Part shown: positions 1 through 8,998 of the stretch, in pieces
Numbering within the stretch: the first letter of the stretch is position 1
How the letters are laid out: each line of letters starts with the position of its first letter
From: Candidatus Scalindua sp.
GTDB taxonomy: Bacteria > Planctomycetota > Brocadiia > Brocadiales > Scalinduaceae
DNA: 32,000 nucleotides
Direction of reading: 5' to 3'
NCBI GenBank assembly: GCA_031316235.1
Contig: JALDRA010000001.1
Span: 3,990,001 to 4,022,000 of the forward strand
The notes under the pieces: generated by a model
Database searches by the model: none
Seen by the model: only the letters and a program-made list of their open reading frames with translations
What the model was told of the DNA's origin: nothing
Made by a program: the position numbers and the translations under genes

Positions 1-1299
1 TCCTTCTATCTCACACTTCTCACCAACCTCCCAGTTGACAATCTTTATTACCTTGTCGTCTTCAATGTAAGCTATAACCTGTGCATTGTCCTGATGTTGA
101 ACTATTCTTATTTTATTCGAGGAAAGAGTGAAATCGTCAGGCACATTGCACGTTAACCGGATATCTTTATATTTTGTCTGATGTGCCTTATCCCAATAGT
201 CAGGATATTTGGAAAATGACCAGCGGGAATCCACACCCTGGGGACCGCTGATGTCAACCATCACCGCTGGATTTTTCAAGGCCTGCTCTTTCAAGGGTTT
301 AATGCGGTTCATATAATCCAGGGCGAATTCTTTGATCTCAACCTTATATTCAGTTCCTTTGATTTCAAAGATTTTCCCCACCTCTATCGGAATTTCTTTG
401 TGAATATTCTTATCTTCCAGTTCAAGAGTCAGGATCGGCAGACTGCCCTTCTCAACTGTTTTCGTAAGCCTCTCAAAATCCACGGTATTGTCAACCCAGA
501 AATACTCGACTCTCATATTACTTCCCGGGTCATTGTACCAGTTCAGTCCCTTCGCAAAAAGCCACCCCTCGGCGGTAATATCTTTCGATCCGGACATCTG
601 AACATATATTGCAGGGTTTACGGGATCACTTGAAATATTTATCGGGTTTTGAGTATATTCCGCATCTGGATAAAAATCTCTTATGGTAACTGAGTAATTG
701 GAGTCCTTAACTGCGTACTTTTTCCCGACTTTAACAGCAAGGGGGGTTTGAATATCTTTATCTTTGACATAGGAGATCAATCTGAACTTGGGGGGGTGTT
801 TCTCAATGAGAAAGTCGTCAAGATGTACCTCAAAATCCAGAGGAATTTTCTTATAATCACCACGTCTCAGATAGTAATCTACCGATTTGCCTTCATAAAC
901 ATTCACGCCACCCTTTTCTCCAAGCTGAAGGTCGATAAAACAGCCAATCATTATCAGAATAATACTTACATGCGTAAGGAGAAAGCCAATTTGAAGTACG
1001 GTATTCCTCCACCTCTTGATGGTACAGCTGGCAAGGTTTACACATAAAAGAAGCAGCAGGAAAGCAAACCAGTAGGAATGAAAAATGTCGGTGAACTGAA
1101 CAGCGGTAAAAAACTTCGTAACTCCTTCACCGTACCTTTCGACATACTCTTCAGGTGTACGCTGCTGGAGTATTACCGTACCTAACATACATGAAACGGC
1201 AAGCACTAATATAATGATAACTGCAAGCTTGACAGAACAGAGAAACTGCCATGCCTTACTCTCTCTCTTTTCTTCTTTTGAAATTGCTTCTTTTGACAT
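1..1299 (-). CDS. resB: Cytochrome c biogenesis protein ResB/CcsB (System II), N-terminal 433 aa; the C-terminus runs off the left window edge
   Basis: Absent from the ORF track because no stop codon lies in the window. Hand translation of the minus strand from the ATG (complement of 1297-1299) stays open to position 1: MSKEAISKEEKRESKAWQFLCSVKLAVIIILVLAVSCMLGTVILQQRTPEEYVERYGEGVTKFFTAVQFTDIFHSYWFAFLLLLLCVNLASCTIKRWRN... The layout of TM1, then HSYWF, then TM2 ending C..IKRW, then a large soluble domain is typical of ResB/CcsB. Confidence 0.8.
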   Translation of the reverse strand, partial: MSKEAISKEEKRESKAWQFLCSVKLAVIIILVLAVSCMLGTVILQQRTPEEYVERYGEGVTKFFTAVQFTDIFHSYWFAFLLLLLCVNLASCTIKRWRNTVLQIGFLLTHVSIILIMIGCFIDLQLGEKGGVNVYEGKSVDYYLRRGDYKKIPLDFEVHLDDFLIEKHPPKFRLISYVKDKDIQTPLAVKVGKKYAVKDSNYSVTIRDFYPDAEYTQNPINISSDPVNPAIYVQMSGSKDITAEGWLFAKGLNWYNDPGSNMRVEYFWVDNTVDFERLTKTVEKGSLPILTLELEDKNIHKEIPIEVGKIFEIKGTEYKVEIKEFALDYMNRIKPLKEQALKNPAVMVDISGPQGVDSRWSFSKYPDYWDKAHQTKYKDIRLTCNVPDDFTLSSNKIRIVQHQDNAQVIAYIEDDKVIKIVNWEVGEKCEIEG

Positions 1300-1666
1300 A
1301 CTTCCTTACTTCAATCCTGACTTCTTCATCTTTACACATTTTCCACCCTTTAAAAAGGCTTCAAGCAGATGCAAGAATATATCTTTAATATGAAATAAAA
1401 AATGTAATTACTGATATCCGGAGACTGCTGTTTACCTGAACTCACCATATGTCCCGATTGAGAGTATACCCTTATCCTCACGAAGAGCGGGTACTTTGAC
1501 CTCAGATACCCGGCGATTTCTCACAGAATCGCATCAGTGCCTCTCTTTAATACGGCAGTTCCCGAATCAAGCAACAAACCTTCCGGAAGCTGAATAATCG
1601 GTCCTTCATCACTATCTTGTATTGCTGCACCCCCTGCCCATGGACTCCGTGAGGCGTTCCAGCTCA

Positions 1667-1924
1667 CTACGGACACTTCTCCTTATCGCTTTCGGGGCAC
1701 TGCTCTTTTGCGCCTTTTGAACCGCGCTCTCTTTCGAGACTGCCGGTTAAATTTTCTATTTCGTATAACTGGTCGCGAATAGTAATCGCCTGTCGACGAT
1801 TTGCTATCCGAAGCCCTTCAAGCTCAGAGCAGCCAGTCAGGAAACCTGTAGACAACAAAAAAACTATAACAGGGCCGACACTCTTTAATGGAATTACCAA
1901 GTAATGTCTTCCTCCTGCAACCAT
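1667..1924 (-). CDS. Small putative lipoprotein (85 aa), function unknown
   Basis: ATG start. Signal peptide ends in a lipobox-like LTG|C (VIVFLLSTGFLTGC), followed by a charged C-terminal tail. No family recognised. Confidence 0.45.
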   Translation of the reverse strand: MVAGGRHYLVIPLKSVGPVIVFLLSTGFLTGCSELEGLRIANRRQAITIRDQLYEIENLTGSLERERGSKGAKEQCPESDKEKCP

Positions 1925-2015
1925 GTAACATTACAGACTCGTGAATATAACACTTAACTTTATCCTTTTCAAGTTTATTTCTTTTTATTTGTAAATACGG
2001 TGGAGTAGAGCTTTG

Positions 2016-2396
2016 TTAATATACGGTTTCTGGATCAAAAATTCTTTTTTCTGCTATTTCAACTTCGTTGGTTTCCAGATTAAATCTACGAAAATAGCAT
2101 GATTTGTATCCTTGATGGCACGCTGCTACTTTTTGTTCAACTTTGATAACAAGTGAGTTCCCCTCACAATCAAAGTATATTTGCTTGACTAATTGCACAT
2201 GCCCTGAAGTCTCTCCTTTGAGCATCAATCTGTTTTTTGAACGGCGGAAGAGATATATTTTTCCAGTTTCCATCGTCTTCTGCAGGGCCTCCTCGTTCAT
2301 ATAGCAGAGTGTTAACACCTGGTTGTCATCTCTATCAACGATGACAGCCGGTATGAGGCCCTTTTCATTAAATTTCAAGTTTTTCTGAAGCTCCAT
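2016..2396 (-). CDS. hisI: Phosphoribosyl-AMP cyclohydrolase (monofunctional HisI)
   Basis: 126 aa. GLIPAVIVD, CYMNEEAL, LKGETSGHVQ, DCEGNSL and the Cys-rich ACH.GYKSCYFR metal site match PRA-CH. No HisE part is present. Confidence 0.9.
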   Translation of the reverse strand: MELQKNLKFNEKGLIPAVIVDRDDNQVLTLCYMNEEALQKTMETGKIYLFRRSKNRLMLKGETSGHVQLVKQIYFDCEGNSLVIKVEQKVAACHQGYKSCYFRRFNLETNEVEIAEKRIFDPETVY

Positions 2397-2425
2397 CTCT
2401 TATTTCCTCCCATAATTTGATTGCC

Positions 2426-3061
2426 TTATAATGACGTATGATTTTTTATTATATCATACATTTTTCCGGCTGCCTGTTTTGGTTTTTCAGAACAAAGGAT
2501 AGCAGAGATAACGGCAACACCGTCTGCTCCGTTTTCCAATACTTCTTTAACATTGAATTCATTGATTCCTCCCAGTGCGATAAGAGGTATGGAAATATGA
2601 TTCTTTATTTCCCTCATTTCAAGCACGCTGAACGGTTTGGGAGAGGAACTTTTGCCCGCAGTATGATATATTGGACTTATGCTGACATAATCTACACCCT
2701 CAATGGCTGCTTTTTTAACCTCTGTCAGGCTGTGTGCTGAAAATCCTATCATTTTTTCAGGTCCTATCATTTTTCGAACAACATCCACACTTAAAGACTG
2801 CCAACCGAGATGGATACCGTCTGCATTGACTGCCAATGCTATATCAACCCTGTCGTTTATTACCAGGCTTGCACCACGAACTTCTGTTATATTGCGAAGT
2901 TTCTTTGCCAACGCATATAAATCTTTAGTACTTAAGTCTTTTTCTCTTAATTGAACAGTGCTGACCCCGGCCTCTATTGCAGGCAGAATGATATCACACA
3001 TATCACCGCCACACACTTTTCTGTCAGTTATCAGGATAAATTCCAGTGACTTCATATTCAT
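2426..3061 (-). CDS. thiE: Thiamine-phosphate synthase
   Basis: 211 aa. VQLREKD, INDRVDIALAVNADGIHLG, ISPIYHT..K and IPLIALGGI motifs of the ThiE/TMP-TENI fold. Lies 10 nt downstream of purB. Confidence 0.9.
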   Translation of the reverse strand: MNMKSLEFILITDRKVCGGDMCDIILPAIEAGVSTVQLREKDLSTKDLYALAKKLRNITEVRGASLVINDRVDIALAVNADGIHLGWQSLSVDVVRKMIGPEKMIGFSAHSLTEVKKAAIEGVDYVSISPIYHTAGKSSSPKPFSVLEMREIKNHISIPLIALGGINEFNVKEVLENGADGVAVISAILCSEKPKQAAGKMYDIIKNHTSL

Positions 3062-3071
3062 TGACTGCTGA

Positions 3072-4520
3072 TTATACTTTAAATTCTGCCTCTAAACCAA
3101 GAAACTGTTTGTACTTTTTTTGTATCGGCCTGACAACGGTTGTAACAAATTCGTCGACCTGCCTGGGCGCCCTGCCGATAAAATTCTTCGGATTCATGAT
3201 ATTTGATATCTTATCCTTAATTCCGGCAAAATCCTTATCTCTCTGAATTCTGTCCATGAGATCGTTGTCCGCTCCATTTTCTTTTATCAGGGCTGCTGCT
3301 TCCATGGAATAGGTACGGATTTTTTCATGTATCTTTTGTCTGTCGCCACCTGCCTTTACGGCTTCCATGAGGATATCTTCAGAGGCCATAAAGGGTAATT
3401 CCTGATTGACATGCTGCTCAATCATCTTCGGATAGACTACTAATCCCCTCGCAACTCCAAGTACAATGTTCAGCATTGCATCAGTCGCAAGAAATGTCTC
3501 AGGTATCACTAACCGCCTGTTGGCGGAGTCATCCAGGGTTCTTTCCAACCACTGCGATCCGCTGGTAAATGCGGAGTTCAGGCTGTTACAGATAATGTAA
3601 CGGGCTAATGAGGTAATTCTTTCACATCGCATTGGATTTCTCTTGTATGGCATAGCGGAAGAACCGATCTGTTTCTGACCAAAAGGCTCTTCAACTTCTC
3701 TCAAATTCTGTAATAATCGTATATCATTAGCAAACTTGTGGGCAGATTGTGCAATACCTGACAAAACGTCTGTGATCTGGCTGTCAGCTTTTCTGGGGTA
3801 AATTTGACCTGTAACCGCAAAAAGTTTATTAAATCCCATTTTATGAGCAATTTCATTGTCGAGGCGTTTTACCTTTTCTTCGTCGTTGTCAAAAAGGGAC
3901 ATGAAGCTGTTTTGAGTCCCGATAGTACCTTTTGCCCCCCTGAATCTTAAATTATTAATCCGATATTCGATATCCTCTATATCAATAATGAAATCCTGAA
4001 CCCATAAACATGCCCGTTTACCAACTGTTGTAAGTTGCGCCGGTTGATAATGGGTGAAGCCTAACGTAATTATGTCTCTATTTTTTTTTGCAAAAACAGT
4101 AAGTGCATCCACCACATTAACCATTTTCTTTAACAGGATCTTCAGGCCGTTTTTGATCAAAATCAGGTCTGCATTGTCCTGCACAAATGCACTTGTAGCG
4201 CCTAAATGGATTATGGGTTTTGCACCCGGGCATTGATCGCCAAAAGCATGAATATGTGCCATTACATCATGTTTTACCCTGAGTTCATGTTTCATTACAT
4301 TGGTAAAATCGATGTCACTCTGATATTTGACCATTTCATCTATCTGTTTTTTTGTAATAGCCTTGATTCCGAGAGTGCGCTGGGTTTGTGCCAATACAAT
4401 CCAGAGCTTTCTCCAGGTGCTATACTTATGATGGTCTGAAAAATTATAGTTCATTTCCTGGCTGGCATATCTTCCTGCCAGGGGACTCTGGTATATATTA
4501 AAATTTTCATGCTCCGCCAT
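3072..4520 (-). CDS. purB: Adenylosuccinate lyase
   Basis: 482 aa. Carries the fumarate-lyase superfamily signature GSSAMPYKRNP and PurB-like sequence throughout. Confidence 0.92.
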   Translation of the reverse strand: MAEHENFNIYQSPLAGRYASQEMNYNFSDHHKYSTWRKLWIVLAQTQRTLGIKAITKKQIDEMVKYQSDIDFTNVMKHELRVKHDVMAHIHAFGDQCPGAKPIIHLGATSAFVQDNADLILIKNGLKILLKKMVNVVDALTVFAKKNRDIITLGFTHYQPAQLTTVGKRACLWVQDFIIDIEDIEYRINNLRFRGAKGTIGTQNSFMSLFDNDEEKVKRLDNEIAHKMGFNKLFAVTGQIYPRKADSQITDVLSGIAQSAHKFANDIRLLQNLREVEEPFGQKQIGSSAMPYKRNPMRCERITSLARYIICNSLNSAFTSGSQWLERTLDDSANRRLVIPETFLATDAMLNIVLGVARGLVVYPKMIEQHVNQELPFMASEDILMEAVKAGGDRQKIHEKIRTYSMEAAALIKENGADNDLMDRIQRDKDFAGIKDKISNIMNPKNFIGRAPRQVDEFVTTVVRPIQKKYKQFLGLEAEFKV

Positions 4521-4736
4521 TTTGTCTCTTTTCCTCTCTATCCATATGCTGAATCACCTCGCAGCCCTTTTGTTTGTGGAAATTAAAACCGGTAACAGTT
4601 CATTTCGTTCTCATCATTCTTTCAAGAAAACGAAGCCTGTGGTACATTAAAAGCGTATAAGAAGGAACTCTTTCTGTACATCAGATTCCTGCAATTCTGA
4701 ATGAATGACCAATACTCTTTTAATCAGAAATGGTAT

Positions 4737-4774
4737 AAAAAAAATGCCATCCTTATTGCGGATGGCATTTTTTT
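4737..4774 (-). terminator. Rho-independent terminator of groES-groEL
   Basis: 9-bp stem ATGCCATCC (4744-4752) / GGATGGCAT (4760-4768) with a 7-nt loop. On the minus strand it is followed by a run of 7-8 T (A-run 4737-4743/4744 on the + strand). Sits 33 nt after the groEL stop. Confidence 0.7.
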
Positions 4775-4806
4775 CTTACTTTTACAGATTCATCCTGAAG
4801 AAGAGT

Positions 4807-6411
4807 CTATTTCTCCTGCTTATCTTCTTTTTCTGTGATCTCACTGACGATTGCATCGGTAGTTAATAACAATCCGGAAATACTGGCCGCGTTCTGGAGA
4901 GCCGTCCGGACAACCTTAGTGGGATCAATCACACCGGCTTTAACCAGATCAGTATACTCCTCATTGACAGCATCGTAACCAAAATTCCCTTTCCCTTCTT
5001 TAACTTTCTGGACAACAAGCTTTCCGTTGCAGCCAGCATTTGCAGCAATCTGCTCAAGTGGCTTTTCCAATGATTTCCGTATAATATTTATGCCGATCTT
5101 TTCATCTTCTCCGGCCTTGGTGTATGCTTTTTCCAGAGCACTTGCTGCCCTCAAAAGGGCAACACCTCCACCTGGCAGCACCCCTTCTTCAACAGCCGCT
5201 CTTGTCGCATGCATCGCATCCTCTATCCGCGCCTTCTTCTCCTTCATCTCGGCCTCTGTGGCAGCACCAACAATAATTTTTGCTATTCCTCCGGTAAGCC
5301 TGGCCAATCTTCCCTGCAGTTTCTCTTTATCATAGTCAGAGGTAGTCAATTCGATCTCGTTCCTGATCTGTTCAATTCTCCCCTGGATCGCCTTTTTAGA
5401 CCCGCCTCCCTCAATGATCATCGTATTCTCCTTGCCGATTACGACTTTTCTGGCTCTCCCCAGATCGGTAAGTTTGATACCGCTCAGGTCTATGCCAAGA
5501 TCCTCAAAAACAGCGGTACCGCCGGTCAAAGTGGCAATGTCTTCGAGCATGGATTTTCTTCTCTCGCCAAATTCAGGACTCTTTACCGCAGCACACTTTA
5601 ATGTGCCCCTGAGCTTGTTAACCACGAGGGTTGTCAGGACTTCTCCTTCTATATCCTCAGCAATGATAATCAGAGAGTTTCCTGTTTCTGAAATCTTTTC
5701 AAGCAGCGGCAGGAGATCCTTTATGGTTGAAATCTTTTTCTCATGTATAAGTATATAAGGATCTTCAAAGACTACTTCCAGTTTTTCAACATCAGTAACG
5801 AAATAAGGAGACAGGTATCCTTTGTCAAACTGCATCCCTTCTACTAAATCGACTTTCGTATCCAGTCCCTTTCCCTCTTCAACGGTTATGACGCCATCTT
5901 TCCCTGCCTTCTTCATAGCATTTGATATATGCTCGCCAATTTCGGAATCATTGTTCGCTGCTATCGTACCCACCTGCTTTATCTCTTTGTCGCCACTTAC
6001 TGGAATACTCATTTTACGGAGTTCTTCGATAACGGCTGACACTGCAGTATCAATTCCCCGTTTTATACCAACAGGATTTGCACCGGCCACACTGCATTTC
6101 AAGCCTTCTTTATAAATAGCTTCTGCTAATATTGTAGCGGTTGTTGTACCGTCACCAGAAGTGTCGTTTGTCCTGGATGCAACTTCTATTATCATTTTTG
6201 CCCCGATATCCTCGTAGGCATCCTCAAATTCAATTTCCTTCGCAACCGTAACACCATCTTTTGTTATCGTTGGAGAACCAAAACTTTTCTCAATAACAAC
6301 ATTTCTTCCCCTGGGCCCCATTGTGACCCTGACGGCATCAGACAGCTTACTGATTCCTACCTTTATGGCCTCTCCGGCTTTTTGACCATACACAACCTTC
6401 TTGGCAGCCAT
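4807..6411 (-). CDS. groL: Chaperonin GroEL (Cpn60)
   Basis: 534 aa. Unmistakable GroEL sequence ([27 protein letters not shown]). Ends in EKEDKQEK rather than a GGM tail. Confidence 0.97.
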   Translation of the reverse strand: MAAKKVVYGQKAGEAIKVGISKLSDAVRVTMGPRGRNVVIEKSFGSPTITKDGVTVAKEIEFEDAYEDIGAKMIIEVASRTNDTSGDGTTTATILAEAIYKEGLKCSVAGANPVGIKRGIDTAVSAVIEELRKMSIPVSGDKEIKQVGTIAANNDSEIGEHISNAMKKAGKDGVITVEEGKGLDTKVDLVEGMQFDKGYLSPYFVTDVEKLEVVFEDPYILIHEKKISTIKDLLPLLEKISETGNSLIIIAEDIEGEVLTTLVVNKLRGTLKCAAVKSPEFGERRKSMLEDIATLTGGTAVFEDLGIDLSGIKLTDLGRARKVVIGKENTMIIEGGGSKKAIQGRIEQIRNEIELTTSDYDKEKLQGRLARLTGGIAKIIVGAATEAEMKEKKARIEDAMHATRAAVEEGVLPGGGVALLRAASALEKAYTKAGEDEKIGINIIRKSLEKPLEQIAANAGCNGKLVVQKVKEGKGNFGYDAVNEEYTDLVKAGVIDPTKVVRTALQNAASISGLLLTTDAIVSEITEKEDKQEK

Positions 6412-6466
6412 TCTATTCCTCCTGTACCGTAGAAATTTATAATTACTTCAATCACACTAGACTCTT

Positions 6467-6754
6467 TTAATCGATGATGGCAAGAATGTCATCTTCACTC
6501 ATTAAAAGATATTCATCATCGTCAATCATTATCTCAGTACCAGCGTAAGAAGAGAAGACTACGGTGTCCCCTTTTTTGACCTGAAACTTTGACCTGCTTC
6601 CATTGTCCAGAAGCTTTCCATCTCCTAACGCAATAACTGTTCCTTGTTTCGGTTTCTCTTTAGCCGAATCAGGCAGAACGATCCCACCCGCAGTCTTTTC
6701 TACGGATTCAAGTCTCTTAATTAATATCTTTTCTCCAATTGGTTTTGTCTTCAT
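6467..6754 (-). CDS. groS: Co-chaperonin GroES (Cpn10)
   Basis: 95 aa. KPIGEKILIKR...TAGGIVLPDSAKEKP..G.V.A.G is classic GroES. Lies 55 nt upstream of groEL. Confidence 0.95.
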   Translation of the reverse strand: MKTKPIGEKILIKRLESVEKTAGGIVLPDSAKEKPKQGTVIALGDGKLLDNGSRSKFQVKKGDTVVFSSYAGTEIMIDDDEYLLMSEDDILAIID

Positions 6755-6799
6755 TGCTCCGATTTGCCACCCTTTCCATAAAAAAATTTTTCCATAAAA

Positions 6800-7204
6800 C
6801 TACTTCCAGTAATACTTCTCCAAAGACCGTTCAACTGCATACTTTATCGTCTCCTTGTTGATAGGTTTTGAAATCAGTGTGTATGCATTTGCTTCAATCG
6901 CACCCATCTTCAACTCCTTTGAAGTATCCGCAGAGACAAAGATACAAGGCATTATAGACTTCTTCTCTTCTTTGATAAACTCAAAGGTATCAAAACCACT
7001 GAAATCGGGGAGATGTATGTCTAAGATTAAGAGGTGAAGATATTTCTGCTTTGCGATTTCAACCGCTTCTCTGCCACAGCTTGCCAGATAAGTAGTATAG
7101 CCTTCGGGTTCAAAAATATCTTTCAGGCTATACCGGCAGTTTTCATCATCATCGGTTATCAGAATGCTGAAATCTTCTTTAAAATGTCTTAACAAAGTCA
7201 TCAT
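6800..7204 (-). CDS. Stand-alone response-regulator receiver (CheY-like) protein
   Basis: Acidic pocket ILITDDDE, phospho-acceptor context LLILDIHLPD, FVSADTS, and the conserved Lys in LISKPI. No output domain. The track start at 7219 is TTG; the first ATG (MMTLLRH, 7204) is preferred. Only 45 nt separate it from groES. Confidence 0.8.
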   Translation of the reverse strand: MMTLLRHFKEDFSILITDDDENCRYSLKDIFEPEGYTTYLASCGREAVEIAKQKYLHLLILDIHLPDFSGFDTFEFIKEEKKSIMPCIFVSADTSKELKMGAIEANAYTLISKPINKETIKYAVERSLEKYYWK

Positions 7205-7323
7205 AATAAAAAAAAGCAAATAGTCCTGCTTCTCAAAATCACAGGTGTTTGTTAAAAGTATTTCCCTGGAAATCCAGTTTTATGAAAAATAAAAAAATAG
7301 ATAAATGAGAGATATTATAAGTT

Positions 7324-7339
7324 AGCAATATTTGTGCCA
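7324..7339 (-). promoter_or_regulatory. Sigma-54 (RpoN) -24/-12 promoter
   Basis: The minus strand reads tTGGCACaaataTTGCTaac, i.e. TGGCAC-N5-TTGC(T), a full consensus match. It is correctly oriented and lies ~120 nt upstream of the receiver gene ATG. Confidence 0.6.
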
Positions 7340-7665
7340 ACACGATATTATTTAAAAATCTCCATACTACTCACTTCTGTAAGCAGTTGTAATAATGAAC
7401 CTTATGTGCAGGCTGAAAATTGTTAACCTTCTGCCGCTCTGGCGTACTTCTTTATAACGGATTTTTTCTCCTGTCATAATGGCATTGAAAAATTCATCAA
7501 TTTCTGGTAAAACGTGTAATCGGGCAAATCAGAATGGTTTTGTTGCAAAAAAAAAGAGATAACAAACGCTATGCTTCAATGGGCAGTTCTGTCGCGCAGC
7601 GTATTTTCATCTCGAACTGTAGTGTCCGGTTTGGTTTTTGCGTATTGAATTTATTGTTCAAAAGA

Positions 7666-7746
7666 TGTCATTCCCGCATGTTTTTAGCGGGAATTCAGGA
7701 TGAATGAGACTCTCTGGATACCCGATAAAAACACTCGGGTATGACA
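7666..7746. repeat. 81-nt palindromic element with two hairpins
   Basis: Bounded by TGTCAT / ATGACA. Contains ATTCCCGC-N9-GCGGGAAT (7670-7694) and ATACCCGA-N9-TCGGGTAT (7718-7742). It is nested inside a 12-nt inverted repeat, TGTCCGGTTTGG (7623-7634) / CCTAACCGGACA (7766-7777). Confidence 0.55.
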
Positions 7747-7799
7747 AAAGCCGTACGTGCAAATTCCTAACCGGACAATACTAACCTCGAACATGAATT

Positions 7800-8729
7800 A
7801 TGAAAGAAAATTATATTACTCCTGATAATGACGGCACTATCGAAAACCACAAGGCTGGTATCCTGAGAAGGCTGAGTTCAATTTTAACATTGATCAAATT
7901 TTCTCATACCATATTTTCACTTCCGTTTGCTGTCATGAGCGCATTTCTCGCTGCCAATGGATTACCTACACTCCGCCAATTTCTCTTAATCATTTTTGCA
8001 TTGATCATGGCTCGCAGTTGTGCAATGACCTTTAACAGACTGGTGGACGCAAAATACGATATTCATAATCCGAGAACGGCTTATCGTATTCACCTGCAGA
8101 AATTTGTCGGAAAAACAACTCTCTGGATCTTCACCATCATATGTACACTGCTCTTTGTGGCCTGCGCTGCCGGATTAAATAAGCTTTCGTTACTCGTATC
8201 GCCAATAGCCCTCATCATTATCTTCGGGTATTCATATACAAAAAGATTCACAAACCTGTCGCACTTTGTATTAGGGTTAGGGCTAGCGTTTTCTCCAATA
8301 GGAGCCTGGGTTGGCATAAGGGGTAGATTTGAGGTCGCCCCGTTTGTTCTGGCGCTTGGTGTTCTTTTGTGGACTGCAGGTTTCGATATTATCTACGCAT
8401 GCCAGGATGTCCAGCACGACATAAAAACCAATCTGCACTCCGTCCCCCAGAGACTGGGGATAAAATCCTCTCTGAAGCTGGCTCGTCTGCTTCACACTCT
8501 TATGTTGCTTGTTCTTTTCTCTTTTGTTTTCTTCACCGAGTTAGGCATTATTTATACTGTTGCCGTCTGCTTTGTAGGAATTATGATCTTTTATGAACAT
8601 TCGCTCATCAAACCCCACGATTTATCAAAAATCAATCTGGCGTTTTTTACCGTCAATGGATCGATAAGTATATTTTTGATGGTTATCACCATCATCGACA
8701 TCTATATTTTTAATTCCGGCTCCCATTGA
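7800..8729 (+). CDS. UbiA-superfamily aromatic polyprenyltransferase (4-hydroxybenzoate / MqnP-like)
   Basis: 309 aa and highly hydrophobic, with multiple TM helices. Asp-rich motifs NRLVDAKYDIHNPRT and DIIYACQDVQHD are typical of UbiA prenyltransferases. The substrate (ubiquinone-type versus menaquinone/futalosine-type) cannot be decided from sequence alone. Confidence 0.85.
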   Translation: MKENYITPDNDGTIENHKAGILRRLSSILTLIKFSHTIFSLPFAVMSAFLAANGLPTLRQFLLIIFALIMARSCAMTFNRLVDAKYDIHNPRTAYRIHLQKFVGKTTLWIFTIICTLLFVACAAGLNKLSLLVSPIALIIIFGYSYTKRFTNLSHFVLGLGLAFSPIGAWVGIRGRFEVAPFVLALGVLLWTAGFDIIYACQDVQHDIKTNLHSVPQRLGIKSSLKLARLLHTLMLLVLFSFVFFTELGIIYTVAVCFVGIMIFYEHSLIKPHDLSKINLAFFTVNGSISIFLMVITIIDIYIFNSGSH

Positions 8730-8765
8730 AGAGTCTGTCATCCATACCCATTGCAGAAATACAAT

Positions 8766-8987
8766 TCATTTTCTTCCGAATATCCAGAAAATGAGGGTAA
8801 GAATTATACTGATTACAATGCACGTCATTACCGGGAAATAAAACGCGAACTCTTTCTTCTTTATGACTATATCGCCAGGCAGCCTCCCGGGGAAAGGGAT
8901 ATTGTTTTTGAAAATCAACACAATACCGGTAATTACCAGTAAAATACCGAGAAAGAGAATCACCTTCCCCAGTTCAGGAATAATCAT
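8766..8987 (-). CDS. DUF2905-family small membrane protein
   Basis: 73 aa. Two TM helices flank a PGRLPGDI motif characteristic of DUF2905. Lies 11 nt downstream of lptB. Confidence 0.7.
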   Translation of the reverse strand: MIIPELGKVILFLGILLVITGIVLIFKNNIPFPGRLPGDIVIKKKEFAFYFPVMTCIVISIILTLIFWIFGRK

Positions 8988-8998
8988 ATTATCTCAGA

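Noticed and set aside
400-1047. Plus-strand ORFs 400-633 and 748-1047
   Set aside because: Both lie inside the minus-strand resB reading frame, which has clear family motifs. One uses a non-ATG start, and neither shows recognisable motifs.
1300-1666. 367-bp non-coding gap upstream of resB, checked for a riboswitch or small RNA (TPP, cobalamin, SRP, 6S, RNase P signatures)
   Set aside because: Only short local hairpins were found (GCGATT..AATCGC, GGGTA..TACCC), plus a 7-nt long-range complement (CCTCACG/CGTGAGG). None of the conserved cores of the RNA families I know by heart is present.
5027-6115. Several 97-130-aa plus-strand ORFs antisense to groEL
   Set aside because: They are low-complexity Ser/Pro/Ala-rich translations lying entirely within an unmistakable GroEL gene. 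This is typical antisense read-through of a gene with few reverse-frame stops.
6755-7323. Search for a CIRCE (TTAGCACTC-N9-GAGTGCTAA) operator upstream of groES or the receiver gene
   Set aside because: No such inverted repeat is visible. TTAGCAATA at 7322 is part of the sigma-54 -12 region, not CIRCE.
8751-8942. 63-aa plus-strand ORF opposite the DUF2905 gene
   Set aside because: The minus-strand product has the characteristic two-TM DUF2905 layout with the PGRLPGDI motif. The plus-strand translation is a hydrophilic mirror image with no features.
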